Below the pieces are notes generated by a model that was not told the DNA's origin, searched no databases, and saw nothing but the letters and a program-made list of their open reading frames with translations. A DNA stretch of 64,000 nt, from positions 837 through 64,836 of the forward strand of contig CAVQSP010000012.1 of the NCBI GenBank assembly GCA_963715985.1, in the 5' to 3' direction. The position numbers and the translations under genes are program-made. The DNA is from an uncultured Thermoleophilia bacterium. GTDB lineage: Bacteria; Actinomycetota; Thermoleophilia; UBA2241. Shown one piece after another: positions 19,573-31,872 of the stretch (position 1 is its first letter; each line of letters opens with the position of its first letter).

Positions 19573-20133
19573 CTACGCCTCCAAGGCGAGCCGCCGCCCA
19601 AGGCGGAACGCTTCGCGGTTGAGCTCGCGGAACTTCTCCGGCACGCGGCTCAGCACGGCGTGCTCGACCGCGTCCGCCGGCAGAAAGCCGGCGGACTCCA
19701 CGAGCGCGCCGAGCGCCACGATATTGGTGACCACCTTCTTCTTGAGCTCCTCGGCGGCGGCACGCGTGAACGGCGCCCCGCACAGGGTCCAGCGCTCGCT
19801 CTCCGGCCCCAGCTCGATGAGGTCGGAGTCGTAGACCAGCAGCCCGCCGGGACGCATGTCCATGACGTAGGCGCGGTAGGCGCCGGGCGCCAGGCAGAGG
19901 TTCACGTCCGGCGAGAGCACCTCGGGGAAGTCGATCTCCTCGTCGGAGATGATGACCTCGCTCTTGGAGGCCCCGCCGCGCGCGGCGGGGCCGTAGCTCT
20001 GCGTCTGCACCACCTGCTTGCCGAGGTCGGTGGCCGCCTCGGCGACGATGGCGGCGGCCAGCAGGATGCCCTGGCCGCCGGCCCCGGAGAAGCGGATCTC
20101 GGCACGCACGGTGAGGTCGCGGGCCTCAGCCAT
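19573..20133 (-). CDS. 2-oxoacid:ferredoxin oxidoreductase gamma subunit
   Basis: Intact 186-aa ORF with IRFSGAGGQGILLAAAIVAEAA..QSYGPAARGGASKSEVIIS, typical of OFOR gamma subunits. A preference for 2-oxoglutarate is only inferred from the adjacent sucCD. Confidence 0.85.
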   Translation of the reverse strand: MAEARDLTVRAEIRFSGAGGQGILLAAAIVAEAATDLGKQVVQTQSYGPAARGGASKSEVIISDEEIDFPEVLSPDVNLCLAPGAYRAYVMDMRPGGLLVYDSDLIELGPESERWTLCGAPFTRAAAEELKKKVVTNIVALGALVESAGFLPADAVEHAVLSRVPEKFRELNREAFRLGRRLALEA

Positions 20134-21037
20134 CCTTGCCTCCTCTGGCAGCGGCCTGGCTCTGCGCCTTCTCGGCCACCTCGGCCAGCGCCGTGACGAA
20201 CTCCTTGCGCTCGGCGTGGTGGATGAGACCCACGGGGTACTGGTCGTGCGTACGCGACTCGCCCTCCTCGAACTTGCTCGCCGGCACGGAGCGCTCCTTC
20301 TGCACCTTGAGGAACTCGGCCGGGTCCGGCGTGAGGTTGAAGCGCCCGTAGTAGACGGGGCACACGGCCATCGCCTCGACCATGGAGAAGCCCTTGTGGG
20401 CGATGCCGCCGGCGATGACGTCCACCAGCTGGCGGTAGCCCCAGGCGGTGCCGCGGGCCACGTAGGTGGCCCCCGCGGCGTGCGCCAGCTCGCAGAGGTC
20501 GAAGGCCGGCTCCACGTTGCCGTACACGCTGGTCGTGGACTTGTCGCCGGTGTGCGTGGTGGGGCTCATCTGCCCGCCGGTCATGCCGTAGATGGAGTTG
20601 TTGAAGACGAGCGCCGTCACGTCGATGTTGCGGCGCGCCGCGTGGATGAAGTGGTTGCCGCCGATGGCGGAGGAGTCGCCGTCGCCCATGGCGACGATGA
20701 CGTGCAGCGAGGGGTCGGCGGTCTTGGCGCCGGTGGCCACCGCGAGGGCGCGGCCGTGGGCCGTGTGCACGGTGGAGAACTCGAGGTACTGGGCGATGCG
20801 GCCGCTGCAGCCGATGCCGGCGACCACCACGACCTTCTCCGGGTCCAGGCCGAGGCCGAGGATGGCGTCCACGAGCGCCCGCGTGATGGTGCCGTTGGAG
20901 CACCCCGGGCACCAGATGGTCCGCGTGGTGCGCAGCCACGGGACGATCTCGCTGGTGGTGTGCAGCTTGATGCGCGGCAGCTTGTAGTCGGCCTGAGGCG
21001 TCGACTCCAGGCTTTGTTCGTCGACGAGGGCGGTCAT
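20126..21037 (-). CDS. 2-oxoacid:ferredoxin oxidoreductase beta (TPP-binding) subunit
   Basis: The 303-aa C-terminal part of ORF 20126..22549 from MTALVDEQS. It has WCPGCSNG, GIGCSGR and the TPP motif GDGDSSAIGGNHFIHAARRNIDVTALVFNNSIYGMTGGQ. The ATG overlaps the alpha-subunit stop (ATGA). Confidence 0.9.
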   Translation of the reverse strand: MTALVDEQSLESTPQADYKLPRIKLHTTSEIVPWLRTTRTIWCPGCSNGTITRALVDAILGLGLDPEKVVVVAGIGCSGRIAQYLEFSTVHTAHGRALAVATGAKTADPSLHVIVAMGDGDSSAIGGNHFIHAARRNIDVTALVFNNSIYGMTGGQMSPTTHTGDKSTTSVYGNVEPAFDLCELAHAAGATYVARGTAWGYRQLVDVIAGGIAHKGFSMVEAMAVCPVYYGRFNLTPDPAEFLKVQKERSVPASKFEEGESRTHDQYPVGLIHHAERKEFVTALAEVAEKAQSQAAARGGKDG

Positions 21038-22198
21038 GACGCCTCCCAGTCCTGGTAGTAGAACTCGGCTTTGACGAGCTCCTCGATCTCCGCCGGGGTG
21101 ATGAGCTTGCCGTCCACGCGGCCGTAGTCGACGACCTTGCAGCGCCCGCCCACAGCCGCCTGCACCTCCCAGCTCATCTGCTTGATGTTCATCTCCGGCA
21201 CGATGACGGTACGCACCTGCTCGGCCATGCGCTCCACCGACCTCGTGGGGAACGGCCACAGCGTGATGGGCCGCACCATGCCGAGGCGCACGCCCTGGGC
21301 GCGCGCCCACTTGACCACGGCGCGCGCCGAGCGCGCCACGCTGCCGTAGGCGAAGATGGCCACGTCGGCGTCGTGCATCATGTAGTTCTCCACGCGCACG
21401 ATGGCGTCGCGGTGGTGGTAGATCTTCTCGCGCAGGTAGCTGCCCAGGTCGCTGGCCACCTCCGGGTCGCCGGTCTCGGGGGCGCCGCTGCGGCGGTTGT
21501 AGACGAGGCCGGTGACGTGCACGCGGAAGGGCGATCCCAGCGGCGGCCGCGGGAGGATGTTGTCGAGGTCGCTCATCACGGTGTCGTACTCGTCGGGCTC
21601 GCAGTCCGGGCAGGCCGCGCGTGGCGATGCGCAGGGCGCCCGGCTCGGGCAGCACGACGGCCTCGCGCATGTGGCCCACGAGCGCGTCGGAGAGGATGAT
21701 GACCGGGGTGCGGTACTGCTCGGCCAGGTTGAAGGCCTCCACAGTGAGCGTGTAGCACTCGAGCACGCTGCTGGGCACGAGGGCGATCACGGAGTGTTCG
21801 CCGTGCGTGCCCCAGCGGGCCTGCATGACGTCGCCCTGGGCGGGCTCCGTGGGCAGGCCCGTGGAGGGCCCGCCGCGCATCACGTCGACGATGACGCAGG
21901 GGATCTGCGCCATGGTCGCGAAGCCGATCATCTCCTGCATCAGGCTGAAGCCCGGGCCGGAGGTGGCGGTGAGCGCCTTGGCGCCGGCCAGGCTGGCCCC
22001 GCACACGGCGGCGATGGAGGCGATCTCGTCCTCCATCTGGATGAACCTGCCGCCCACCTCGGGCAGCCGCCGGGCCAGGCGCTCGGCGATCTCCGTGGAC
22101 GGCGTGATGGGGTAGCCGGCGAAGAAGCGGGCGCCGGCGGCGATGGCTCCCTCGGCGACCGCCTCGTTGCCCTGCAGCAGGATCGGTGTGCCGGCCAT
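21034..22198 (-). pseudogene. 2-oxoacid:ferredoxin oxidoreductase alpha subunit, 1 frame change
   Basis: MAGTPILLQGNEAVAEGAIAAGARFFAGYPITPSTEI..TSGPGFSLMQE..DVMRGGPSTGLPT (22549 frame) joins ORF 21034..21579 (..VHVTGLVYN..VAIFAYGSVARSARAVVKWARAQGVRLGMVRPITLWPFP..). The shift is near 21600. RBS GAGGAGAA lies upstream of ATG 22198. Confidence 0.85.
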
Positions 22199-22199
22199 G

Positions 22200-22545
22200 T
22201 CAGTTCTCCTCGTGACGGTGGGCGCAGGCCTCGTCATCGGGGCCCTGCGGCGGCGGCCTTGGCTTGCGGCGCCTTGAGCGCCGCGTAGACGCGCTCGGCG
22301 TGGGCCTCGTGCCGACTCGTCCGCCTCCTGCTCGCCCTTCTTCTCGCGGCGCCGCACCTCGATGGCGAAGTCCGGGCAGTGCAGCTCGCAGAGCAGGCAC
22401 AGGGTGCAGTCGTCCGGGCGCGCGAGGATGGGCTCACCCATGTCGGTCTCGTCGAACACGTGCTGCGGGCACAGCTCGATGCAGATGCCGCAGGCCTTGC
22501 AGAGGCTGATGTCGAGCGCGAGGGGCGGCGCCTGTTGCTCGGTGT

Positions 22546-22549
<4 letters not shown>
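22200..22549 (-). CDS. 2-oxoacid:ferredoxin oxidoreductase delta subunit (2x[4Fe-4S] ferredoxin); 3' end uncertain
   Basis: [52 protein letters not shown] carries two CxxCxxCxxxCP motifs. After about 75 aa all frames become Arg/Ala-rich and there is no in-frame stop before the alpha start. Candidate stops in other frames are at 22234 and 22200, so an indel probably hides the true end. Confidence 0.7.
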
Positions 22550-24219
<1,670 letters not shown>

Positions 24220-24542
24220 AGTGCCGCCTCGCTTCGCGGAGTTGGTTTCGGCATGCGGTCGCCCGCATTCATATGCTCACCCAGACTCACCCCGCGCCCG
24301 CGCGCCTTCAACCCGAGGGGCAGTGTGTCCAGCGAGCTGGACGCGTTTTCCCTCCCGCACACGGGACTCGTCCGCGATTCTGGACGAGACGGGGATGCCG
24401 GGAGCGCTCGAGCGTCATTCCCGCGACCGGCTTGAGCAGTGTCCGAGTGACGAGTTCAAGCAACGACACCGTTGGAAGTGCCGTTGCTTGAAAGGCCTGT
24501 CTCATAGGTCCTGCCAGGCGCCGCCCGCGAGAGCCGCCGGCA

Positions 24543-24586
<44 letters not shown>

Positions 24587-24608
24587 GGACCATGCCGGGA
24601 ACGAGTCC

Positions 24609-24641
24609 GGCCCGCGAGCGCCGGTGCGGGGCTCGCGGGCC
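24609..24641 (-). terminator. Strong GC hairpin (11-bp perfect stem) 25 nt downstream of the corrinoid-protein stop; a terminator, attenuator or processing site
   Basis: GGCCCGCGAGC-(11 nt)-GCTCGCGGGCC. No U-tract follows on the minus-strand transcript, so the function is uncertain. Confidence 0.35.
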
Positions 24642-24665
24642 GAATGAAGAGGGACGGCTGTCTCG

Positions 24666-25289
24666 TCAGGCCACCAGGCTCTTGCAGAGCACGACGGCGC
24701 CCGGTGCGTCCGAGGCGTACCCATCGGCCTGGATCTCGTCGGCGTAGGCCTGCGTGAGCGGCGCGCCGCCGACGATGGCCTTGGCCGCCACGCCGGCCTC
24801 GTGCATGGCCTCCACGGTCCTGCGCATCTGCGGCATGGTCGTGACGAGCAGCGCCGACATGCCGACCACGTCGGCCTCGTGCTCGGTGGCGGCGGCCACG
24901 AAGGCCTCCGGCGCCACGTCGTTGCCCAGGTCCACGACGTTGAAGCCGGCGCCCTCGAGCATCAGCACCACGAGGTTCTTGCCGATGTCGTGCAGGTCGC
25001 CTTTGACGGCGCCGATCACCACGGTGCCCTTGCCGCCGCTCACACCCTCGACAAGCAGGGGCTTCAGCAGGGCCAGGCCCTCCTGCATGGCCTCGGCGGA
25101 CACCAGCATCTCGGGGATGAAGAGGTCGCCTTTGGCGAACATGGCGCCGACCTCGTCCATGGCCGGGATGAGGCCGTTGTCCAGGATGTCTGCGGCCGAT
25201 ACGCCTTCGTCCAGGTGCTGCTGCACGAGGCGGGGGGCCTCGTCGACGTCGCCCTCGATCACTGCCTTCTGCAATTCGTCAAACGCCAT
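24666..25289 (-). CDS. Cobalamin-binding corrinoid protein (MttC/MtbC/MtgC-like)
   Basis: Intact 207-aa ORF. It has an N-terminal four-helix cap region, then the B12-binding motifs DxHxxG (GDLHDIGKN), SxL (GMSALL) and GG (VGGAP). Confidence 0.9.
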   Translation of the reverse strand: MAFDELQKAVIEGDVDEAPRLVQQHLDEGVSAADILDNGLIPAMDEVGAMFAKGDLFIPEMLVSAEAMQEGLALLKPLLVEGVSGGKGTVVIGAVKGDLHDIGKNLVVLMLEGAGFNVVDLGNDVAPEAFVAAATEHEADVVGMSALLVTTMPQMRRTVEAMHEAGVAAKAIVGGAPLTQAYADEIQADGYASDAPGAVVLCKSLVA

Positions 25290-25334
25290 CGTTCCTCCAG
25301 AGTGTCACGGCTGAATGCCGGGGGGTTCCGGCGC

Positions 25335-26777
25335 TCAGCCGGCCAGCGCCTTGTCGGCGGCCTTCACGACGTTGTCCATGTCGCGCTTGACGTCGTCGGG
25401 CAGCGCCAGGGGCCGGAGGTCCTTCTTCAGCTCCCTGTAGAGCTCGGTGGCGCGGGTGTGCAGGTCCTTGCGGCCCGCGGCGACCCAGTTGTCCAGCACG
25501 TCCGGCACGAAGAGGTCGGGGCGGATCATCTCGCGGCAGTGGCGCAGCGTGTGCTTGCGGCGCAGGTAGTGACCGCCGGCGCCGGCATCGATGATGTCCT
25601 CCACAGCCAGGGTCTCGTCGTCCACCTGGACGCCGGCCACGGTGCGCTGGATGACGGCGAGCAGGCGGTCGTCGATGACCAGCTCCACCGGGCTCGCGAG
25701 CGTGGAGCCGCCGAGGCGGCCGGCGCCGTACAGGATGTCCGCGCCGGCCATCGCCAGCACCGCCGGCTGCAGCGTCTTCTCGGAGGCCGTCTGGCCGTCC
25801 GGCAGGTACGAGTCGGCCATCATCGAGAAGGTCTCCACCGGCACCTTCCAGGCCTCCTTGCAGAACTGGGCCGTGGCGGCGCGCGTGAGGATCGTCTCGC
25901 TGCTGGCCAGCAGCGCGTTGCCGGTGCCCAGGTCCATCGTCGTGTTGAACACGGTGGCGATGAACGGCAGCCCCGGCTTGAACAGCTGCGACATGACGAG
26001 GAAGGCGAGCAGCTCCACGGCCTCGAGCAGCACGGTGCCGGCGATGGTGCCGGGCGCGGTGGCGCCGAGCACGGGCAGCGAGTTGGCGGCCACGGGGATG
26101 TCGTACTCGGCCGCGCCGGCGAGCTGCGCCATGTCCATGTCCTTGAACACCAGCGGGCTCAGGGACGTCGGGTTGATGAGGAGGAGCGGGCGCTTGCGGA
26201 GCTCGTCGGCGCCGCCCGCGCGGGCGAGCATGAGGTCGAAGAGGTACGGCACGCTCTCGTAGCAGTACGCGAGCAGCATGAGCGGCTTGGACGTGTTCTG
26301 CAGCTGCACGTTGAGGCCGTGGACGTCCGCGGTCTCCATGGGCGCGTCCATGGGCGTCTGGATGGCGCAGACGTCGATGTTGGGCAGCACCTCGACGAGC
26401 TGGCACCACTCGGCGAAGCGCTCGTGCGTGTTGTCCACGTAGTCGCCGACGTCGGGGTCCAGGTAGCGCATCGTCTGCACGCACGTGGTGGAGTAGAAGC
26501 GCCCGGACGGGTCCGGGACGGTGAAGTCGTGCTTCTCGTCGCCGCCCTTCACGGTCACCGAGGAAGGCACGCTCCTGAGGGCGGCCTCGATGGTCGCGGC
26601 GGGGAACTTGACCATGCGCGTCTCGTGGTCGACCTCGGCCCCGGCTGCGGCGAGCCGGCCCAGCGACTCCTCGTGGTCGACCTTCACGCCGTAGGTCGAC
26701 AGGATGTGGACGGCTTTCTCGTGGATCGAGGCGACGTCCTCCGCCTCGAGCAGCTGCACCCGCAAGGTCTTGGCCAT
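25335..26777 (-). CDS. MttB-superfamily methyltransferase, paralog 6 (third, divergent class; intact)
   Basis: Intact 480-aa ORF MAKTLRVQLLEAEDVASIHEKAVHILSTYGVKVDHEE..AGGHYLRRKHTLRH.. It shares family collinearity with the other six copies but is clearly divergent from them. It lies 45 nt upstream of the corrinoid protein. Confidence 0.88.
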   Translation of the reverse strand: MAKTLRVQLLEAEDVASIHEKAVHILSTYGVKVDHEESLGRLAAAGAEVDHETRMVKFPAATIEAALRSVPSSVTVKGGDEKHDFTVPDPSGRFYSTTCVQTMRYLDPDVGDYVDNTHERFAEWCQLVEVLPNIDVCAIQTPMDAPMETADVHGLNVQLQNTSKPLMLLAYCYESVPYLFDLMLARAGGADELRKRPLLLINPTSLSPLVFKDMDMAQLAGAAEYDIPVAANSLPVLGATAPGTIAGTVLLEAVELLAFLVMSQLFKPGLPFIATVFNTTMDLGTGNALLASSETILTRAATAQFCKEAWKVPVETFSMMADSYLPDGQTASEKTLQPAVLAMAGADILYGAGRLGGSTLASPVELVIDDRLLAVIQRTVAGVQVDDETLAVEDIIDAGAGGHYLRRKHTLRHCREMIRPDLFVPDVLDNWVAAGRKDLHTRATELYRELKKDLRPLALPDDVKRDMDNVVKAADKALAG

Positions 26778-26991
26778 GGCTTCTCCCCTTCACTGAGTCT
26801 CAAAAATGCGGCCGGGCGGGTGCGCGGACACAGTCCCGATTCCGGAGTGGCCTCAGCCTAGCTACGCACACTCGAGACGCACAAGACCGAGACAGAGGCG
26901 TCCGAGATACGGGACGGTATCGGGGGGCCGGATGCGGGCGGGAGACGGAGGAGGCGCAGGCGACGGTCGGCGGACCGGCGGCAGAGCCGCG

Positions 26992-27867
26992 CTACAGCGC
27001 CGGGCTGAGCGTGGCCGCGTAGGCGTCGGCCAGATCGCCGGCGGCGGTGCACACCAGGTCCGCCACCTCAGCGAGACCGCGCTGTCGCAGGCGCCACGTG
27101 GGGCCGATGATGTTGACGCCGGCCTTGGGCTCGAGGCCCGGGACGGCCGAAGAGACCGCCGTGACGCCCGGCTCCACGGCGTCTTCGACGATGTGCGCGC
27201 AGGAGGCATCGCGGAAGGCGGCGCCCACGCTCGTGCCCACGAGCGGCACGCGCCGCCCCACCCAGCCGCGGCAACGCAGCTCGAAGTGGCTCTCCACCTG
27301 GTCCATGTAGAGAGCCTGTCCGGAGTCCTCGACGATGAGGCTGGCCGTCTCCGCCGTCTCGTCGCGCAGGCGCACGAGCACCGGCCGCGCCGTGAGCTGC
27401 AGCCGCTCGGCCCACCCCACGCGCGACGCCATGCTGACGAAGCGCAGCCCGAGACCGAAGGTGCCGTCGTACCCCGGCATGACAAGGCCGTGCCCTGCGA
27501 GCGCGACCAGGGTGCGCTCCACGAGGTCGCGGGGCAGTTCGGCCTGCTGCGCCACGTCCTCCGCGCCCAGTCTGCCGCCGCCACGCTCGAGCGCTTCCAG
27601 CACGGCCATGCCGTGGACGAACAGGAGGCTGTCCGAGCGCAGGTCGAGCAGGCGCTGCCCGGGCGCCCAGCCCGCGTCGCCGGGGCGGCACACGAGGTAG
27701 CCGCGCTCCTCGAGCACACGCAGGAGCTTGTACAGGCTGGACCGCGGGATGTCGCAGGCTGTGCCGATCTCTGCGGCGGTGGCGGGAAGCCCCTGCTGGC
27801 CCACGAACTCGAGGACGTCGAGCGTCCGCGTGGTGGCCCTGATGGGCTGCCCCTCGTCACCCTGCAT
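26992..27867 (-). CDS. IclR-family transcriptional regulator
   Basis: The 291-aa part of ORF 26992..28866 from MQGDEGQPIRATTRTLDVLEFV. It has the wHTH AAEIGTACDIPRSSLYKLLRVLEERGYL and the effector domain ..ETASLIVEDSGQALYMDQVES..GRRVPLVGTSVGAAF. Confidence 0.88.
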   Translation of the reverse strand: MQGDEGQPIRATTRTLDVLEFVGQQGLPATAAEIGTACDIPRSSLYKLLRVLEERGYLVCRPGDAGWAPGQRLLDLRSDSLLFVHGMAVLEALERGGGRLGAEDVAQQAELPRDLVERTLVALAGHGLVMPGYDGTFGLGLRFVSMASRVGWAERLQLTARPVLVRLRDETAETASLIVEDSGQALYMDQVESHFELRCRGWVGRRVPLVGTSVGAAFRDASCAHIVEDAVEPGVTAVSSAVPGLEPKAGVNIIGPTWRLRQRGLAEVADLVCTAAGDLADAYAATLSPAL

Positions 27868-28179
27868 GTACGTGTCCGTCACCTGGCTCCCGTGCTCCGC
27901 GGGGACCGGCTGCGGCGACGACCCGCAAGGGCGCGCGCGTGGTCCCGATTGCACAGCATGAAAGCAGCGGCGCCGGGCACGCGCAAGGCCCGCGGGCGCC
28001 GCGTCTTGGATGCTGGACGGTGTACGAGCGGCGGCCGGCAGGCCGCCGTCCTGGGAGCGCACTTTGCAGCGCGCCGCCGCGCCCGCTATCCTGAGCCGCA
28101 CGTGGCCCTTGGAGCGGTGCGTCTCGCGAGCCGCCACGAGGGCCGGCCGTGAGCCGTCGCGCGCGAGGGAGTCCCAGAC

Positions 28180-29049
28180 GTGTCTCAATCCCGATCGCCC
28201 AGCCCGGATGTGCCCGAGACGTCCGCCACGCGCGCCCTGGACGTGCTCGAGTTCCTCGCGCGCCGCACCTCGCCGGCCCCGGCCGCGATCATCGCCTCGT
28301 CGTGCGGCGTCCCCCGCTCCAGCCTCTACGCGCTGCTGCGGGTGCTCAAGGCGCGGCGCTTCGTCGTCTACCACGAGGACCAGAAGACCTGGAGCCTGGG
28401 GCCGGCGGCGCACGAGCTCAGCGCCGCGGCGCCGCTCTTCGCCCACGGCCTGGCCGTACTGCACGCCTTCGCCACCACGTCCAGACGCCTCACGCCCCGC
28501 GACATCGCGGCCGCGAGCGGCGTGCCGCGCTCGGTCGTGGACCGCATCGTGCCGCTGCTGCAGGAGAGCGACATGCTGCACTCCGAGGCCGACGGCACCT
28601 ACACGCTCGGCCTCGAGCTCGTGAGCCTGGCCTCGCGCGTGGCCGCCGTGGACTCGCTGCGCATTCTCGCGCGCGGGCCGCTCATGCAACTGCGGGACGC
28701 CACACAGGAGACGGCCAGCCTCATCGTCAAGGACGGCGACCACGGCCTCTACGTGGACCAGATCGAGAGCCGCTACGTGCTGCGCATCAGCAGCTGGGTG
28801 GGGCGGCGCGTGCCTCTGGAGAGCACGGCCACCGGCGCCGCCTTCGCCGACCCGAGCCGTGCTCACTTGGTGCGCGAGGCCGTCGAACCCGGCGTCACGG
28901 CCCTGGCCCGGGCTCTGGACATCGCGGAGCCGCAGGCCGCCATCAGCGTCCTCGCGCCCACCTGGCGGCTGCGCGAGTTCGGCGAGGGCAGAGCGACGGA
29001 GATCATCGAGGCGATCGCACGGCGCATCTCGGCCGCGGCGCGCAAGTAG
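28180..29049 (+). CDS. IclR-family transcriptional regulator (divergent paralog)
   Basis: Intact 289-aa ORF: RALDVLEFLARR..CGVPRSSLYALLRVLKARRFV..ETASLIVKDGDHGLYVDQIES..GRRVPLESTATGAAF. Confidence 0.88.
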   Translation: MSQSRSPSPDVPETSATRALDVLEFLARRTSPAPAAIIASSCGVPRSSLYALLRVLKARRFVVYHEDQKTWSLGPAAHELSAAAPLFAHGLAVLHAFATTSRRLTPRDIAAASGVPRSVVDRIVPLLQESDMLHSEADGTYTLGLELVSLASRVAAVDSLRILARGPLMQLRDATQETASLIVKDGDHGLYVDQIESRYVLRISSWVGRRVPLESTATGAAFADPSRAHLVREAVEPGVTALARALDIAEPQAAISVLAPTWRLREFGEGRATEIIEAIARRISAAARK

Positions 29050-29113
29050 CCGGAGCGGCTCCGGGCCGGCTCCGGCGGTGCGACAGGCGCGCCGCGCCCG
29101 AGAGCGGCGGCGC

Positions 29114-30928
29114 TCAGCCCCGGCAGCTCGCGGGCAGGACGGGGGTGTCCGCCAGGAGCTGCCTGGTGTACTCCTGCTGGGGATCGTCGAGCACTTCGTC
29201 CACGAGGCCGTGCTCGACGATGACGCCCTCGCTCATCACGGCCACCTCCTGCGACACGCTGCGGATGAGCGCCAGGTTGTGCGTGACGAACAGCATGCTC
29301 ACGCCCAGCTCTGCCTGCAGCTGCGCCAGCAATTCGATGATGGCCGCCTGCACCGAGACGTCCAGCCACGAGGTGACCTCGTCGCAGATGAGCACAGTGG
29401 GCTCGGCAGTCAGGGCGCGCGCGATGGCGATGCGCTGACGCTCGCCGCCGGAGAGCTGCTCCGGGTAACGTCCGAGCAGCGAGGAGTCGAGCGCCACCTG
29501 GTCGAGCACCTTGATCATGCGCGCCTCGCGGGCGTCCTTGTCCAGCTTGAAGAAGATGTCGATGGGCTGCGCGAGGATCTGACGGATGGTCTTGCGCGGG
29601 TTCAGCGAGCTGTACGGGCTCTGGAAGATGTACTGGATGTCGCGCCGCTCCTCGCGCGAGCGCCCGCGCGACTCGCGCGCCAGCGGCTTGCCGCGCAGCC
29701 CGATGTCGCCCTCGATCTTGAACGGGTGCAGACCGGCGATGCAGCGGGCCAGCGTGGTCTTGCCGCTGCCCGATTCGCCCACGAGGGCGAGACAGCGATG
29801 CTCGCAGAGGGAGACGCTCACCGAGTGCAGCACTTCCTTGTGCTGGTAGAAGGCCTTGACGTTGTCGCAGTTGATGATCGTCTTCTCGTCGACGGCGCAC
29901 TCGGCGTCGGCCCTGATCAGGAACGGCGCCTCGCTGGTGGCCGGCCGCGCCTTGACCTCCTCCCAGCGCCAGCACCGCACCTGGTGATCGGGGTCCGGGC
30001 CCTCGGCCGGCGGGAAGTCGGTGGCACACTTGTCGATGCGCCAGTCGCAGCGCGGCGTGAAGGCGCAGCCCTGCACGCGCTGGCCGGGGCGCGGCGCCCA
30101 TCCGGGGATGCCGTGCAGGGCGCGCTCGCCGGAGATGTCCGGGATGGCGTCGAGCAGCCGGCGCGTGTACGGGTGGTACGCGCCGGCGAACAGCTCGTCC
30201 TTGGGGCCGATCTCCACCAGGCGGCCCGCGTACATCACGGCGATGCGGTCGGCCAGGTTGGCCACGACCGCGAGGTCGTGGGTAACGTACAGGGCCGACA
30301 CGCCGTAGGAGCGCGTGAGGTCGCGCACGGTATCCAGGACGTGCGCCTGCGTGGTCACGTCCAGCGCCGTGGTGGGCTCGTCCAGCACGATCACGCGCGG
30401 CCGGTTGGCCATGGCCATGGCGATGACCACACGCTGCTGCTGGCCGCCCGAGAGCTGGTGCGGGTAGCGCCGCATGAAGGCCCTGTCGCTGGGCAACAGC
30501 ACCTCGGCCATCATCTCCTTGAGACGGGCCTCACGCTCCGCCGAGGAGGCGCCGAAGTCGTGCGCGTTGAGGATCTCCATGAGCTGGTCGCCGATGCGCA
30601 GCGCCGGGTTGAGCGAAGCCGAGGCGTCCTGAGGCACGTACGAGATCAGGCCGCCGCGAATGCGCCGCAGCGAGGAGCCCTGCGCGGAGAGCACGTCGGT
30701 GCCGGCGATGTCGATGCGGCCCTCCGACACCTTGGCGCCGCGCCGCTGGTAGGCGAGCAGCGACGTGGCGGCCGTGGTCTTGCCCGAGGCGGACTCGCCG
30801 ACCAGGCCCAGCACCTCGCCCTCGTGGATGGCGAAGGAGACGTCGTCGTCGATGTCGATGCCCGACGGGTCGAGCACGATGCGCAGATCGGTGACGTTGA
30901 GGACGATGTCGTTCTGCGGATCGCTCAC
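29114..30928 (-). CDS. ABC transporter ATP-binding protein with two fused ATPase domains (intact)
   Basis: GTG 30928 overlaps the permease stop (GTGA). There are two Walker A motifs (GESASGKTT, GESGSGKTT), two signatures (LSGGQQQR, LSGGERQR) and two Walker B motifs ([22 protein letters not shown]). Confidence 0.9.
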   Translation of the reverse strand: MSDPQNDIVLNVTDLRIVLDPSGIDIDDDVSFAIHEGEVLGLVGESASGKTTAATSLLAYQRRGAKVSEGRIDIAGTDVLSAQGSSLRRIRGGLISYVPQDASASLNPALRIGDQLMEILNAHDFGASSAEREARLKEMMAEVLLPSDRAFMRRYPHQLSGGQQQRVVIAMAMANRPRVIVLDEPTTALDVTTQAHVLDTVRDLTRSYGVSALYVTHDLAVVANLADRIAVMYAGRLVEIGPKDELFAGAYHPYTRRLLDAIPDISGERALHGIPGWAPRPGQRVQGCAFTPRCDWRIDKCATDFPPAEGPDPDHQVRCWRWEEVKARPATSEAPFLIRADAECAVDEKTIINCDNVKAFYQHKEVLHSVSVSLCEHRCLALVGESGSGKTTLARCIAGLHPFKIEGDIGLRGKPLARESRGRSREERRDIQYIFQSPYSSLNPRKTIRQILAQPIDIFFKLDKDAREARMIKVLDQVALDSSLLGRYPEQLSGGERQRIAIARALTAEPTVLICDEVTSWLDVSVQAAIIELLAQLQAELGVSMLFVTHNLALIRSVSQEVAVMSEGVIVEHGLVDEVLDDPQQEYTRQLLADTPVLPASCRG

Positions 30929-31872
30929 GTCGTCCCCGTGTTCCTGTCGATGCCCATCATCGCCCGCGCCAGTCCATCGGCCATGAGGTTGGTGCTGATG
31001 GTCAGGGCCGCGATGAGGACGACCGGCGCGATGACCGCCCACGGCTGCACCGTGATGGCGATGCGGTTCTCGTTGATCATCAGGCCCCAGTCAGCGGCCG
31101 GCGGCTGCATGCCGAAGCCCAGGAAGGAGAGCGCGGCGATCATGATGATGGAGTAGGTGAGGCGCAGGCCGAACTCCACCAGCAGCGGGCTGCTGATGTT
31201 GGGCAGCACCTCGATGAAGAGGATCTTGCGCCGCGGCACACCGACGGCCGCCGCCGCCCTGACGAAGTCGCGCGCGGTCAATTCCACGGTGGCGGCGCGG
31301 GTCACGCGGGCGATGCGCGGCATGTGCGAGATGCCCACCATGAGCACGATCAGCCAGAGCTTGGGTCCCACGATGGAGACGAACAGCATCGCCAGCACCA
31401 CCGACGGGAAGGCGAGGACCACGTCGAGCATGCGCATGATGCTCTCGTCCACCCAGCGGCGCGCGTAGCCCGAGATGAGGCCGAGGCTGACGCCCAGCAC
31501 GATGCCGATCACGGTGGCGGCGATGCCGAGCACGAACACGCTGAGGCCGCCGTACAGCACGCGCGTCAGCACGTCGCGGCCGAGGAAGTCGGTGCCCAGC
31601 CAGTAGGTGGAGCTGGGCAGCGAGAACGGCGGCCCGACGAACTCCGTCGGCGAGTACGGCGCCACGTAGCGCCCGAACAGGGCGATGCACAGCAGCACCA
31701 TGAACACCGCGAAGCCGATCTTGGTGCGCCGCAGGTGCCAGGCGTCGATGATCGTCTGCACCCACTCGCGGCGCCCCCTGGCGACCAGCGGGACGGCATC
31801 GAGGTTCTCGAGAGGCTCGAGCGTCCCGAGCGGCTGGAGAGGATCGAGGCTGGCGTCGTCGCTCTGGCTCAT
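30925..31872 (-). CDS. ABC transporter permease (DppC/OppC type)
   Basis: Intact 315-aa ORF: WLGTDFLGRDVLTRVLYGG.., multi-pass. The start overlaps the upstream stop. Confidence 0.9.
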   Translation of the reverse strand: MSQSDDASLDPLQPLGTLEPLENLDAVPLVARGRREWVQTIIDAWHLRRTKIGFAVFMVLLCIALFGRYVAPYSPTEFVGPPFSLPSSTYWLGTDFLGRDVLTRVLYGGLSVFVLGIAATVIGIVLGVSLGLISGYARRWVDESIMRMLDVVLAFPSVVLAMLFVSIVGPKLWLIVLMVGISHMPRIARVTRAATVELTARDFVRAAAAVGVPRRKILFIEVLPNISSPLLVEFGLRLTYSIIMIAALSFLGFGMQPPAADWGLMINENRIAITVQPWAVIAPVVLIAALTISTNLMADGLARAMMGIDRNTGTT